A stretch of DNA of 64,000 nt from Scyliorhinus canicula (lineage: Eukaryota): contig NC_052158.1 in assembly GCF_902713615.1 (NCBI RefSeq), forward strand, positions 43,735,159-43,799,158, read 5' to 3'. The position numbers and the translations under genes were made by a program. Under the pieces are notes generated by a model that ran no database searches, had not been told where the DNA came from, and worked only from the letters and a program-made list of their open reading frames with translations. The stretch's first letter is position 1, and the number at the start of each line of letters is the position of its first letter. Positions 12,071 through 23,834 of this stretch are shown here, in pieces.

Positions 12071-12644
12071 TAAATATCTCCTGAGTGTTTTTGACATTAA
12101 ACACACATTCTAAGGGTAAAACTAGCACAACATTAGATCACAGTGAATTGCTAGCCCATTTTACATCTTTTCCATTGTCCTCATTGTGGAGAATATCAGA
12201 CTGGCACTCACTGTGGAAAGTCTCTAACTCAGGAGTTAGCCCCTTCAGCAAAGGAGGGAGGAAATCATGTTTCCATTTCCTATTTTACAGAAAGATTGCG
12301 TCATCCTACACCTGAGAATACAGAGAGGATAGATACTGCAGATAGATCCTGACCATCACCCAAGGAACAACTGCACAACTGTGGGAAGACATCAGATTCC
12401 TTCACAGCATTGCTCAACACAAGAGTAGGTTGGACAGTGAAACCATCATCTAGATAGAAATCGGTCAAGTCAGGCGAGCTTTGACACATCAGCAGATCAG
12501 TAATGTGGAGCTTCTATCATTCGAGCCATTTGAACCACTGAATCATTGCTACAGGTGAGAGGCTGTTCAAGTGTGACTTCCACGGGAAGGCCTCCACAGG
12601 CTCCTATGATCTCCAAATAGGCATCTGGACACAAGAGTAGCCAT

Positions 12645-13904
12645 GTGGAAGGGAAACAATTCAAGTGTGAGGTTTTTAATAAAGATTTTGTGATGTCTAC
12701 AAGGCTGCTGCGACTTCAGAGAATTCCAACCGGTGAATCATGTGAGGCATGTATCAAATCATTCTCAGATTCATCACAGCTCACCAAACACCAATGCATT
12801 CACACGGAGAAACTGTTCATGTGCAAAGTGTGCATCAAATCATTCCTGGATTTAGCAACTTTCTGCAGACACCAACGCACTCACACAGGGGAGGAACCAT
12901 TTATGTGCGAGATGTGTGACCAATCATTCTCACGATCTCAGAATCTCCGTGTACACCAACGCATTCACACAGGGGAGAGGCCATTTACATGCGATGTGTG
13001 TGACAAATCATTCTCTCAGTTAGCAGCTTACCACACACACCAACGAATTCACACAGGGGAAAAATCATTCAGATGCGAGGTGTGTAAGAAATCATTCTCG
13101 CTGTCAGCAAACCTCAGGAGACATCAACGCATTCACACAGGAGAAAAACCATTCAGGTGCGAGGTCTGTGATAAATCCTTCTCATCCTCGTCAGCTCTCC
13201 TCATGCACCAACGCATTCACACCGGGGAGAAACCATTCTCATGCAAGGTGTGTCGCAAATTATTCTCATCATCTTCAGATCTCCGTAAACATGAACGAAT
13301 TCACACGGGGGAAAAACCATTCACGTGTGAGGCGTGTGAGAAATCATTCTCAGATTCATCACAGCTCTGCAGACACCAACGCCTTCACACAGGAGAGAAA
13401 CCATTCACGTGCAAGGTGTGCAGCAAATCATTCTCGGATTTATCAACCTTACGCAAACACGAACAAATTCATACAGGGGAAAAACCATTCACATGTGAGG
13501 TATGTGACAAATCATTCTTGCAGTCGGGGAACCTTCGCAAACACCAACGCACTCACACAGGGGAGAAACCATTCAGGTGCGAGATGTGTGACAAATCATT
13601 CTCATTCTCTTCAAGTCTCCTTGTGCACCAACGCATTCACACCGGGGAGAAACCATTCACATGTGAGCTGTGTAACAAATCATTCTTGTCATCTTCAGAT
13701 CTCCGTAAACATGAACGAATTCACACCGGGGAGAAACCATTCACGTGTGAGGTGTGTGAGAAATCATTCTCAGATTCATCACAGCTCTGCAGACACCAAC
13801 GCATTCACACAGGGGAGAAACCATTCATGTGCAATTTGTGCACCAAATCATTTTCAGATTTATCGACTTTCCGTAAGCACCAACAGATTCACACAAAGCA
13901 GTAA
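12645..13904 (+). CDS. ZNF-1: tandem C2H2 zinc-finger protein, 14 fingers plus one degenerate N-terminal finger, no KRAB. The paralogous start is GTG here and the first in-frame ATG is at 12693.
   Basis: Uninterrupted CxxC-x12-HxxxH repeats with TGEKP linkers. The exon acceptor at 12290/12291 is shared with paralogs. Confidence 0.92.
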   Translation: MEGKQFKCEVFNKDFVMSTRLLRLQRIPTGESCEACIKSFSDSSQLTKHQCIHTEKLFMCKVCIKSFLDLATFCRHQRTHTGEEPFMCEMCDQSFSRSQNLRVHQRIHTGERPFTCDVCDKSFSQLAAYHTHQRIHTGEKSFRCEVCKKSFSLSANLRRHQRIHTGEKPFRCEVCDKSFSSSSALLMHQRIHTGEKPFSCKVCRKLFSSSSDLRKHERIHTGEKPFTCEACEKSFSDSSQLCRHQRLHTGEKPFTCKVCSKSFSDLSTLRKHEQIHTGEKPFTCEVCDKSFLQSGNLRKHQRTHTGEKPFRCEMCDKSFSFSSSLLVHQRIHTGEKPFTCELCNKSFLSSSDLRKHERIHTGEKPFTCEVCEKSFSDSSQLCRHQRIHTGEKPFMCNLCTKSFSDLSTFRKHQQIHTKQ

Positions 13905-14370
13905 CCGTTCTGCGTGAAAATCAGTGACAAATCATTCTTTGACTCTTCGAGCCTCAGTGCACATCAATACCTTTACACTTGCCATGTGTGTGACAAATCA
14001 CTTTTGAGGTCATTGAGCATTCTACTCCCATCAACTGATCCACACTGGAGTAACCTTTCAAGTGTGGGTTGTGATAAATGTTTTGTGACTTTTCAACCCT
14101 TATGGGCACCGGAGATTCGCATGGGAAAAACTCTTCGGCCACGATGTTTGTCACAAAGCTTTCATCCCCTCTTCCCATCTCCTGAAGCACCAGTGGATTC
14201 ATACAGAAGAGAAACCATTCAGGTGTTGGGTGTATGACAAGATGGTGTTTCTCCTGGTCCATAAATGCATTGACACAGGGGAGAAACACTATCGCTGTGA
14301 GTTCTGAAATAAAACTTTCACACAGTTGACAAAACTCCTAGAACATCACTGAACCCACATAAGGACTACC
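13905..14370 (+). pseudogene. Decayed zinc-finger repeats in the 3' UTR of ZNF-1
   Basis: Frameshifted finger remnants (CHVCDKSLLR, acaggggagaaaca, catcactgaacccaca). Confidence 0.75.
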
Positions 14371-14679
14371 TAAACAAGCTTTTATGCAATCAGTCATCAG
14401 AGTGTGAATCGCTACACAAGCTCCCTGCAAAGGCTGTTCAGTGGTGTTGGGGGAAAGAATAAGAAGCAGCTTTCACTCACATCAAACAACTAGTGACAAT
14501 AACGGCAGTGCTGAGGTACTATGGTGTCAACGATGAAGTCGCCCCACAGTAAGATGCCAGTGAAACAGGACTTGGAGCAACTCATGCAGCAAGGACAACC
14601 AGTTGTGTTTATATCCAGAGTTTGGATGGACTGCTGGTCTGTGATGCAGAATGAGGCCAACAGCATGGATTCAATTCCT

Positions 14680-14895
14680 TTTTTTTAAATTTAGAGACCC
14701 AATAATTTATTTTTCCAATTAAGAGGCAATTTAGCGTGGCCAATCCACTCCCTGCACATCTTTTGGGTTGTGGGGGCGAAACCCACGCAGACATTGGGAA
14801 AATGTGCAAACTCCACATGGACAGTGACCCAGGGCCAGGATTTGAACCCAGGTCCTCAGTGCCGTAGGCAGCAATGCTAACAACTGTGCCGACCA
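14680..14895 (-). mobile_element. Short A-tailed V-SINE inserted into another tRNA-derived SINE (14610-15050)
   Basis: V-domain, poly-A tail, and flanking duplication gg(a/g)ttcaattc. Confidence 0.8.
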
Positions 14896-15701
14896 AGGGT
14901 TCAATTCGGTTATTCATGAAGGCCTCACCTTCTCAACCTTGTCCTTTACCTGAGGTGTGGTGATCCACAGGTTAAATTACCACCAGTCAGCTCTTCTTCT
15001 CAAAGGGGAAAATAGTCTACGGTCACCTGGGACCAAGGCAACTTTAGTGACTTTATTAGCACAAAGTAAACAATGCTAAACACAGATTGAGAAAGAGTGT
15101 CTATATATTGTCTTTGCTTGTGAGCATTTCAACAGAACCTGTTTGGGAGAAAGAGAGAAAGTGATGGTCGAGTCTGACCACAAGACACTTCAAAGCATCT
15201 TTTTCAAACTGCTTCTATCTGCTCCAAAGTGTTTACAAAGGAAGTTACTTCATTTTCAGGGATATCATTTGGAAGTGAAGGACAAGCAATGGAAGCAGAT
15301 GTACATCACTGACATGCTGTCGAGAGCTGACTGAAGGAAGTTGATGAAGCTAGTACAGAGTGTGAAATCTTCCAGATTCAACAAGAAGCAACAACACAAC
15401 ATGCTCTGGAATCATCAACCCAGCAGAGATATTGAATCTGACAGACCAATGTCTTGCTCAGATCAAAGAAACACAACAAGATACAACTCTTCAAATGTTA
15501 CAGGACGTTGTGATGGAAGGATATCCTGACACCATCAAGAACACACCTGTTGCTGTAAGAGAGAATTGGGCAGAAGAGATGAAGTGATCAGCTAAGATGG
15601 CATCTTGTACAAAGCGACCAGGGTCATTTTCCTGAAAGAGATGAAGCACATCCACACAAGCCATTGAGGAATTGAGTCTAATTTGAGGAAGGAAAGAGAA
15701 G

Positions 15702-15935
15702 TGCGTGGGTTTCCTCCGGGTGCTCCGGTTTCCTCCCACAGTCCAAAGATGTGCGGGTTAGGTGGATTGGCCATGCTAAATTGTCCGTAGTGTCCTAAAA
15801 AGTAAGGTTCGGGGGGGGGGGTTGTTGGGTTACGGGTATAGGGTGGATACGTGGGTTTGAGTAGGGTGATCATTGCTCGGCACAACATTGAGGGCCGAAG
15901 GGCCTGTTCTGTGCTGTACTGTTCTATGTTCTATG
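15702..15935 (+). mobile_element. HE1 SINE, 5'-truncated
   Basis: V-domain plus tail gagggccgaagggcctgttctgtgctgtactgttctatgttctatg. Confidence 0.9.
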
Positions 15936-17329
15936 CTCTACTGGTCAAACATGAGCAATGAGATTAAGGACCACATCAGTCAGTGCAGAGCTTGTAATGA
16001 ACATCAAGTTAAGCAAGATAAAGAACTGATCTTGACTTATGACATCCCAGACAGGCCATGGATGGAGCTTGGAGTGGACCTCTTCACGCTCACTGGAACT
16101 GATCATCTCGTCAGTCGACTACTATTCAGACTACTCGGAGTTAACAATAGGATTGTAGAACTCTTGAAAGCACACTTAAGTTGTCCTTGCATTCCTGACA
16201 TTGTGATGATTGACAATGGCGCTCAATTCATGGGTGAAGAATGATTGGAAAATTCAGCACCACACATCATCTCCATACTTTCCCCAGTCAAATGGAAAGG
16301 CCAAGGCAGCAGTGAAAAGTGTCAGAGATCAAAAACTGACTACATCCAGCACAGATGTGTTATCCAGCACAGATGTGTAAGAGGCAATGTTGGAGAAACA
16401 CACCTACTGATGGAATGAAAAGTTGCCCAGTTCAGTTACTAATGTCACACTGCACCCAGACTGCTCTTCCAACATCTAAAAAACACTACTGAGGCCAATA
16501 GTAACATGAGTGAGAGTGACAAGATCAAAGTGAAATGACAGAAAGATAAATTTCACTTTGATAAAGCTGCTTTATCGTTGCCAGAGCTGAGAGTTGGAGA
16601 GTGGTCAGAGTAAAAACATTCAACAGTCAACAAAAGTCAGCTCACTGGGCAACTTGAGACCCGAGTAGAAAGTTGTCACCTCGATTGTACACGGTGAAAG
16701 TGAACAACTAGATCTATCGTCACAACCACAGACATCTGTGTACAACTGGAGAAGCTACTCCTTCACAACTGACAGCTGATGAGGCAGATCTGATTTCATC
16801 AACTAAACAAGAAAATGAATGACCATCAGTCCCAGAGGTCAACCGGTCCCCATCAAATGCAACAGATCAGCAGCGACAATTACCACAGCAACAACACTCA
16901 TCTAGGCAACAATGTTCCCGATAGAGACGTCACCTCAGGAACCAGCAGACATGAATAAACAGCCAACAACAACTCACACACGTCCCATAAGACCTTAACA
17001 CGTTAGAAGATTCTGTGAACAATGTGTGTGTAGGTAGAAAGTAAATTGGAACAGATAGAAAGAACAGTTTTGTTTTCATCTGTGATTAATTTCTTTCTGG
17101 ACTATGTATGTGGAGCAATTTGTAAATGATAATACGTGATTTTCTTTAGGAACAGCTTGATATTTGGATTAATTCCTTTGTACACTGTGGTCCAATATTA
17201 ATGTGACCTCAGATGGCATCATACATAAATAAAGGTTTAAGACAGTAACCATTTGACATGCCACATAGAATACTGTTCAAATTAAAATTGCTCCAAATAT
17301 TTCTGGAATAATGTGAGTTTCCTTCAGCT

Positions 17330-17580
17330 TGGGTCACTTTGAGCAGCAGATCAGGTGGGGATTTAAACTTGTCATTGTCCAATCTGAAAAAACCGCTTAT
17401 TGCAGCTGCTGTCTCAGTTCCCCTGGTAAATGTTTGACAGATTTCTGGTGTGGGAACAGCATTCTTCATCCTCAGAGGCTTTTAAACTGACAACATCAGT
17501 GTGGGACGTGTAGCCTCGGATGTGTTTGACAGAAGATCAGAAGAGGAAGACCCACAGCATCCAAGGCAGCGATGTGGGAT
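17330..17580 (-). repeat. Cluster-specific dispersed repeat, copy 1 of 3 (others at 34895-35180 + and 59218-59500 +)
   Basis: Direct sequence match among three loci (ctgatgttgtcagttt..aaagcctc.gaggatgaagaatg..gacagcagctgcaat..gacaatgacaagtttaaatc). Confidence 0.85.
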
Positions 17581-17934
17581 CAGTACATTACAGGAGGGGG
17601 GAGGGGGGTGGGGGGCACAGGAGAGAGAGGCACCAGGCAACAGTGCAGCGGAGGGAGGGACAGAGAGGGGAGAAAATATTGAATTTGTAATTCAGGGATT
17701 GAGGGAGTAATTTGCTCTCCTTCGTTCCTCCGCCTCTTTCCTCTCATATCTATTATCCTTCTTTTTCTCCAGTCAATTTGCTACCTCTTTAGTCCACTCT
17801 TTTCCTCCCATTCTCCCTCTTCTATCTCACCCATTCTCCCATCTCACAGTCTCTCTCTCTCTCCTCCTCCAATCTACCGTTTTCATTTCTCCCTTTGTCC
17901 TCTCTTTCCCGGTTCTACTCTTTCCTCCAACATT

Positions 17935-18297
17935 ATAGAACATAGAACAGTACAACATAGAACAGTACAGCACAGAACAGGCCCTTCGGCCCTCAATGTT
18001 GTGCCGAGCCATGATCACCCTACTCAAACCCACGTATCCACCCTATACCCGTAACCCAACAACCCCCCCCCCCCTTAACCTTACTTTTATTAGGACACTA
18101 CGGGCAATTTAGCATGGCCAATCCACCTAACCTGCACATCTTTGGACTGTAGGAGGAAACCGGAGCACCCGGAGGAAACCCACGCACACAGGGGGAGGAC
18201 GTGCAGACTCCACACAGACAGTGACCCAGCCGGGAATCGAACCTGGGACCCTGGAGCTGTGAAGCATTTATGCTAACCACCATGCTACCCTGCTGCC
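17935..18297 (-). mobile_element. Full-length HE1 SINE
   Basis: tRNA head, V-domain, CR1 tail with (ctatgtt)n. Confidence 0.92.
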
Positions 18298-18999
18298 ATT
18301 ATAAACATGAGAATTGGAGAGAAAGTATATTTTTAATCTTGCCATACCTGAGCAAACAAAGGAAAAACTCCAGTAACATTATTGAGATAATAATGTAATT
18401 ATGACAATGTTAAACTACAACTATTTCAACTGACACAACTGAAATAAACTATTATCTGTGGGCTTGCAGTTTGCTGAAATAATTACTAGCCACAGCCTGT
18501 AGACTGGAGTGATGAATATGTCTGACTGTGGGCCTGAATGTCCAGAAGTCCCTAGTGTAATATGAAGAGCGATCCATATGGTAAATTTCAGCTGGATTAT
18601 ACCAATATAACCCAACACAAACTACTGTAAACTCTCTACTGTAACCTGTGCACTTATGGTTGTATATTTGTCAAGGAGTTTTACTAAAACAAACATTAAA
18701 AAAATTGTGTGAGATCAATTGAAGCAGTTTTATTTAAGGGCGCTACATTGTGATCGGATTGGCTTCACGATCAATGCAGTGTGTAAATATCTGCAGGATA
18801 ATTTCTTCACTCATTTTACAACCATGTTTGTGTTTTAACAAATGGCAGGTGGCGTTTGTATAGGGAGCCCAAAGGCTGAGGAATTATTTGTGTGGCCCTG
18901 ACAACAACTTTAATCCATGTGCATGGAAGAATTCACCTGGAGTTGGACTTGAACCCACAACCTTGTTCTCTGTGTCAGAGGATTCTGACTTCAGAGGCA

Positions 19000-19330
19000 T
19001 GAGCTCTGAGACTGACACTTAGTGCACTGCTGAGGGATTTCTGCACAGTCAGAGGTACCAACTTTCTGTAGAGTTAATCCGAGGCCACATCTGCCCTCTC
19101 AGGTGAATGTAAAACATATCACTACATTGTAAAAGAGCAGTGGAGTTACCATGATGAATTAACAATATGGATCCTGCAATCGACATCACAAAAACAAATT
19201 ATCTGGCAATTATTACATTGGTGTTTGTGGAATATTGCTGTGCACTAATTGGCTACTATGTTTCCTACATTACAACAGTGAGTACATTCGAAAAGCATTT
19301 CGCTGGCTGTAAAGTGCTTTCAAACACAGA
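19000..19330 (+). mobile_element. DeuSINE (SacSINE1/AmnSINE1-like) Deu-domain
   Basis: ctgccctctcaggtg..acagattatctgg-like segment..aattggct..tttcctacattacaacagtga..ggctgtaaag.gcttt. Confidence 0.75.
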
Positions 19331-19859
19331 GTTTGTGTAACTTGACACTGTAAGGACCCTTCCTTTCGATTCCCTTATTTCCAATTTCTTTCACTTTGTT
19401 GTTATCATTTTTGATCTCTGGATATTTAATGGATATATATCTTTAAGTGGATCAGCAGAAGTGAGGAACTCAGAAGTCGTGAAATAGTACACTGTGCTAG
19501 ATTTAGATTTTTAAACAGAAGAACTTAGACTTTCTGGCACCTGAGATCGGAAGATTCAGTTCGATTGGTTGGCTGGTGGCAAATGAATTGGCCAAAGACC
19601 GTATTCTGCCCAGCAACAGACTGTGATTGGCTTCAGTCAGGTGGGAGGTTTTCAGAGGACCCATGGGGAAACAGAACAAGCCTGAACACTGAGAAAGAAG
19701 CTGTGCGTTGCTCTCTGTCTCGTTCTCCAATAAAGGTTTCCTGCCTCCTGGTTTCTGAATCTGCAGAGAAGTCTTGAGATAAAAGCAAATTACAGCGGAT
19801 GCTGGAATCTGAAACAAATGAGAAAATGCTGGAAAATCTCAGCAGGTCTGGCAATATAT

Positions 19860-20135
19860 GGTATCCAATGGTATTCCAACTGAGGCTTCAGAGCTGGTGG
19901 ACTTCAGCTCAAATCAAGATTCATGAACTTATTGTACAGATTTTGGAGGAAAATGAACCCCCCCTCCCACTTCAGGAATGTGACAATTGTAACCATCTTC
20001 AAGGAGGGAGATAAATCATGCTGTGGAAAGTATTGAGGTGTTTCCCTCTTGTCCAGAGCAGGAAAAATCCTGACACACATTCTCCTGAATCACCTACTTT
20101 CGGTGGCTGAGGAAATCCTCCCAGAGACACAGTAA
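19860..20135 (+). mobile_element. RTE-clade LINE RT fragment
   Basis: Reads IVTIFKEGDKSCCGKY*GVSLLSRAGKILTHILLNHLLSVAEEILPETQ. Confidence 0.75.
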
Positions 20136-20339
20136 CATCTATGAATAAGCAGCAGCTTCCATACATATTGATGTCTTTTAGTGATCTGGTCAAAGGTTAA
20201 ATTGACCTTGAACCGATTAGACTGATGGTGGGAGAGGTTGGAAACAGACACTGCTGAGACAGACAGTGCTTTGAAAGGGCAGCTCCCCTGTGTGAGCACT
20301 GGAGGGTAAACAACACAGACAACTCTCAGTGTAAGGGAA

Positions 20340-21791
20340 GCACGTGAGCCAGCTCCAAATCAGTATGGAGATGTTGGTGTTTGGTGAGAGAGGAGTAGGT
20401 GAAACAACCCTGGCACACGTCACACTGGAAGGGTTCACTGATGTTCCAGGAGGTCTGATAACTTAAGACTTGATCACAGAACTCACACTGATAGGGTTTC
20501 TTCCCTGCTTGTGTGTTGGAGGAGCAGGAGATGCACCGTTTCTGTGAAAGCCTTCTCACACACCTCACACCTGAATGTATTTTACTCAGTGCAGATCCAC
20601 TGCTTCAGGAGGATGTCTCAAAAGCTTTATTCCAAACCTCACACTTTTGTGAATCTTCTGATGGAGCAAGAGTTTTGATGACTGTGAGAATGATTTGTCA
20701 CACACCTCACACCTGAATGGTTTCTCGCCTGTGTGAATGCGTTGGAGTACACAGAGGCTTGATGATACTGAGAATGATTTGTGACATACCTTGCAGGTGA
20801 ATGGCTTTTCCCCAGTGTGAATGCGTCGGTGTGCACGGAGGTTCGATGGCTGCGAGATTGATTTGTCGCTCTTCACACTTGAATGGCTTCTGCCCATGTG
20901 AATGCGTTGGTGCGCACAAAGTTTTGATGACTGCAAGAATGATTTGTCACACACCTTGCACACAAATGTTTTTTCTCCAGTGTGAATGCGACTGTGCAGC
21001 AAGAGTTTGGAGGAGTGGGTGAAAGCTTTCTCACAGATCTCACATCTGAAGGGTTTCTCCCCTGTGTGAATCCTCTGGTGTATCACAAGCCTTGTAGATA
21101 TTGCAAAAGCTTTATCACAATCCTCACACTTGTAGGGCTTCTCCCTTGTATGAATTGTCTGGTGGCGCAGAAGTCTTGATGACTGCGAGAATGATTTGTC
21201 ACACATTTCACAAATGAAGGGTTTCTCCCGTGTGAATGCATTGATGAACACGGAGACTCGATGATGACGAGAAAGATTTGTCACACACCACACGCGTGAA
21301 TGATTACTCACCTGTGTGAATGCATTGGTGTACGCGCAGCACACATATGTTGAGAAAGTTTTGTCGCATACATCACAAGAAAATGGTTTTTCCCCTGTGT
21401 GAAGGTGTTGGTGTACACGGAGATACGATGACATTGACCATATTCTCGCATATGGTTTCTCCCCTGTGTGAATGCGCTGGTGCATATGGAGATTCGAAGA
21501 CTGGGAAAATGATTTGTTACACACCTCACAAGGGCTGCTCCCTTGTGTGGATACGCCCATGAATGACCAGTGCCGATGACTGCGCGAACCCCTTGTTACA
21601 CACATCATACTTGAATGGCTTCCTCCCTGTGTGAGTGCGATGGTGTGCAAGGAGGGTCGATGACTGCGAGAATTATTTGTCATACACCTCACATGTGAAT
21701 GGTTTCTCCCCACTGTGAATGTGTCTGTGATTCACGATGGCCGTGTGAAGGCACGGTCGCAAACCTCACACGTGAATAGTTTCTCTTCCAT
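20340..21791 (-). pseudogene. ZNF-2: C2H2 zinc-finger pseudogene
   Basis: Paralogous ATG at 21791 (MEEKLFTCEVCDRAFTRPS*) is followed by an early TGA and several frameshifts. Finger motifs switch frame along ORF 20586..21713. Confidence 0.88.
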
Positions 21792-22589
21792 GTGGATGTC
21801 CTTGTGTTGCAGGTATGATAACAGATGCCCCTCTGTGTTCGGAAGTCTTATGAACCTGTGGAGCACACCTCAGGCTTGAACAGCCTCTCAGACGTAGGAT
21901 TAAATGAGTGGTTCATGAGGATCGAGGACGATTGAAGCTCTCACTACACTTGAAGCCCACTTACACTTCTTCCCAGCTTCACCCACAACCAAACCTTCGG
22001 AAAAGTTCATTCTGATGGAAGGTTCCACATCGCTGACCAGTTTCAGATCTGTGGCTATGCCGAAATTTCCCTGGCCCGACTGATTTCCAGATGTTGCTTT
22101 CACTGTTGAGCAATGCTGTGAAGGGATCGGATGTCTTCCCATAGTTGTGCAGTTGTTCTTTGGGAGATGGTCAGGATCGATCTGTGGTGTCTATCCTCTC
22201 TGCATTTTCTGGTGTAGTACGATGCAATCCTTCTGTTAAACAGGAAAAGAAAACATAATTTTCTCCAACTCTCTCTTCTCCTTTGCTGAAGGGGCTAACA
22301 CTTCAGTTTGTGACTGCTCCACAGTGAGTGTCAGTCTGCTATTCCACTGTGTCGGGGATCAGATACCGGTCCTCTCTTTTTCCTCACTTGCCTGTCACAC
22401 ACCCTCTGTTTTCAGCAGGGACACTGGATAGTGACCGGGAGCACACAATATGGCTACTTTCTTTACTCCACCCAGACCCCATCTTACCTGCCCAGTGAGT
22501 GCAATGGAAAAGACAGTCGGGCAGGGTGTAAATGGACTATTAATTCACTGTCAGCATTAGAAGACATTTCAATAAATGTGTCTCCACCT

Positions 22590-22890
22590 ATGGCAGCCAA
22601 AAAGCTATGGAGATTACAGGGATCAGTAAGGGCAAAGGCCATGGAGGGGATTTGAAAACAAGGATGAGAATTTTCAAATTGAGGTGTTCTTTGACCAGGA
22701 GTCAGTGTTGATCAGTGAGCACAGGGGTGATTGGTGAATGGATTTTGGTGTCAGTTCAGACATAGACAGCAGAGTTTTGGGGAAGCTCAGGTTTACAGTT
22801 CACAGTGTGAGGGCAGCCAGGAGAGAAGTGGAATCTACAAAGGTATGGATGAGGTTTTCAGCAGCAGCAGATGAGCTGAGACAAGGCGTC
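22590..22890 (-). mobile_element. L2 LINE fragment
   Basis: Typical L2 3' sequence (ggccatggaggga.ttgaaaacaaggatgagaatttt..atggatgaggttttcagcagca). Confidence 0.65.
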
Positions 22891-23049
22891 ACTGGTCTCT
22901 CCTGTGAGTGGAGCTTGTACCTCGTCCTAAGTTTAATGTCCCTATTCTTAGCCAACATAGGGAAACGATGGTGAGAGCCAGGGATGGTAACGGAGACCCC
23001 TCACAGTATCGCAGAATCACATAATAGTCCGGCATAAAAGGATTGGGTC

Positions 23050-23655
23050 AGTACTACACTGTCAGAAGAGTTTTTCACATGAGACTTGAACGAGGCCCCT
23101 TTTGCTCTATCCGTGGTGGCTGTAAATGATCCCATGACATGACTGAAGAACAGGAGAGTTATCCCAGGTGTCCTGACCAACATTAGTCCTTCAATCAACA
23201 TCGTTAAAAACAGATTGTCTGGTGATGATCAGATTGCTGTTGTAGGATCTTGCTCTGCACACATTGGCTGCCACATTTCCTGCATCACAACAGTGACCGC
23301 ACTTCAAAACTACTTCATTGGCTGTAAATAGTTTTGGGAACAGATGGTGGTCGTAAAAGGCTCTACAAGGGCATCATGGTGGCGCAGTAGGTAGCACTGC
23401 AGCCTTACGGCACGGAGGTCCCAGGTTCAATCCCGGCTCTGGGTCACTGTCCGTGGGGAGTTTGCACATTCTCTCCGTGTCTGCGTGGGTTTCGCCCCCA
23501 CAACCCAAAGATATGCAGAGTAGTTTGGCCACACTAAATTGCCCCTAAATTGGAAAAAATGAATTGGGCAAGTTCATTTATACATTTATAAATGAATTTA
23601 TAAAGAAAAGAAAAAAGGAAGAAATAAAAGGCCCTATATAAGTACAAGTCTTCTG
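23050..23655 (+). mobile_element. DeuSINE with an A-tailed V-SINE (23369-23625) inserted in its tail
   Basis: Deu-domain. The V-SINE is flanked by the imperfect duplication taaaaggc(t/c)cta(c/t)a. Confidence 0.8.
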
Positions 23656-23834
23656 AGGTGGCTATAAAGATGGAGGCGGAGTCACGGCGGGGTCAGGCCT
23701 CGGAGGAATATGAATAGGCAGAAAACATCCAGATCTCAACACAGACAGAACTGACCATTCAGTCCACAGGATAACCAGCTCAACACACACACACACAACT
23801 CAACACTAGGAAATCAGTGAGAATCCTCAGACAT

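Larger units (their letters stand above)
14380..17300 (+). mobile_element. Old Gypsy remnant (RNase H, integrase, short LTR) with nested SINEs
   Basis: KVMVESDHKTLQSIF..SAPKCLQR (15143..15334) and WSNMSNEIKDHISQCRAC..PDRPWMELGVDLF..DNGAQF (15873..16244). A deleted paralog lies at 35190-35900 (-). Confidence 0.8.

Noticed and set aside
12645-13904. CRISPR-like repeat/spacer periodicity
   Set aside because: It is the C2H2 linker repeat in a vertebrate gene, and there are no cas genes.
13168-13917. Long alternative-frame ORFs over ZNF arrays (also 29449..30510 and 61517..61993)
   Set aside because: These are shadow frames produced by the 84-bp finger repeat (TNAFTQGRNHS motif), with no independent evidence of coding.
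17935-18297. tRNA genes and small ORFs at SINE positions
   Set aside because: A/B boxes belong to SINE heads followed by V-domains, and the recurring ORFs (LGHCLCGVCTSSPCVRGF) are SINE translations.
18430-18900. Possible mirrored Harbinger transposase or other coding relic
   Set aside because: I found no recognisable motif by eye on either strand.
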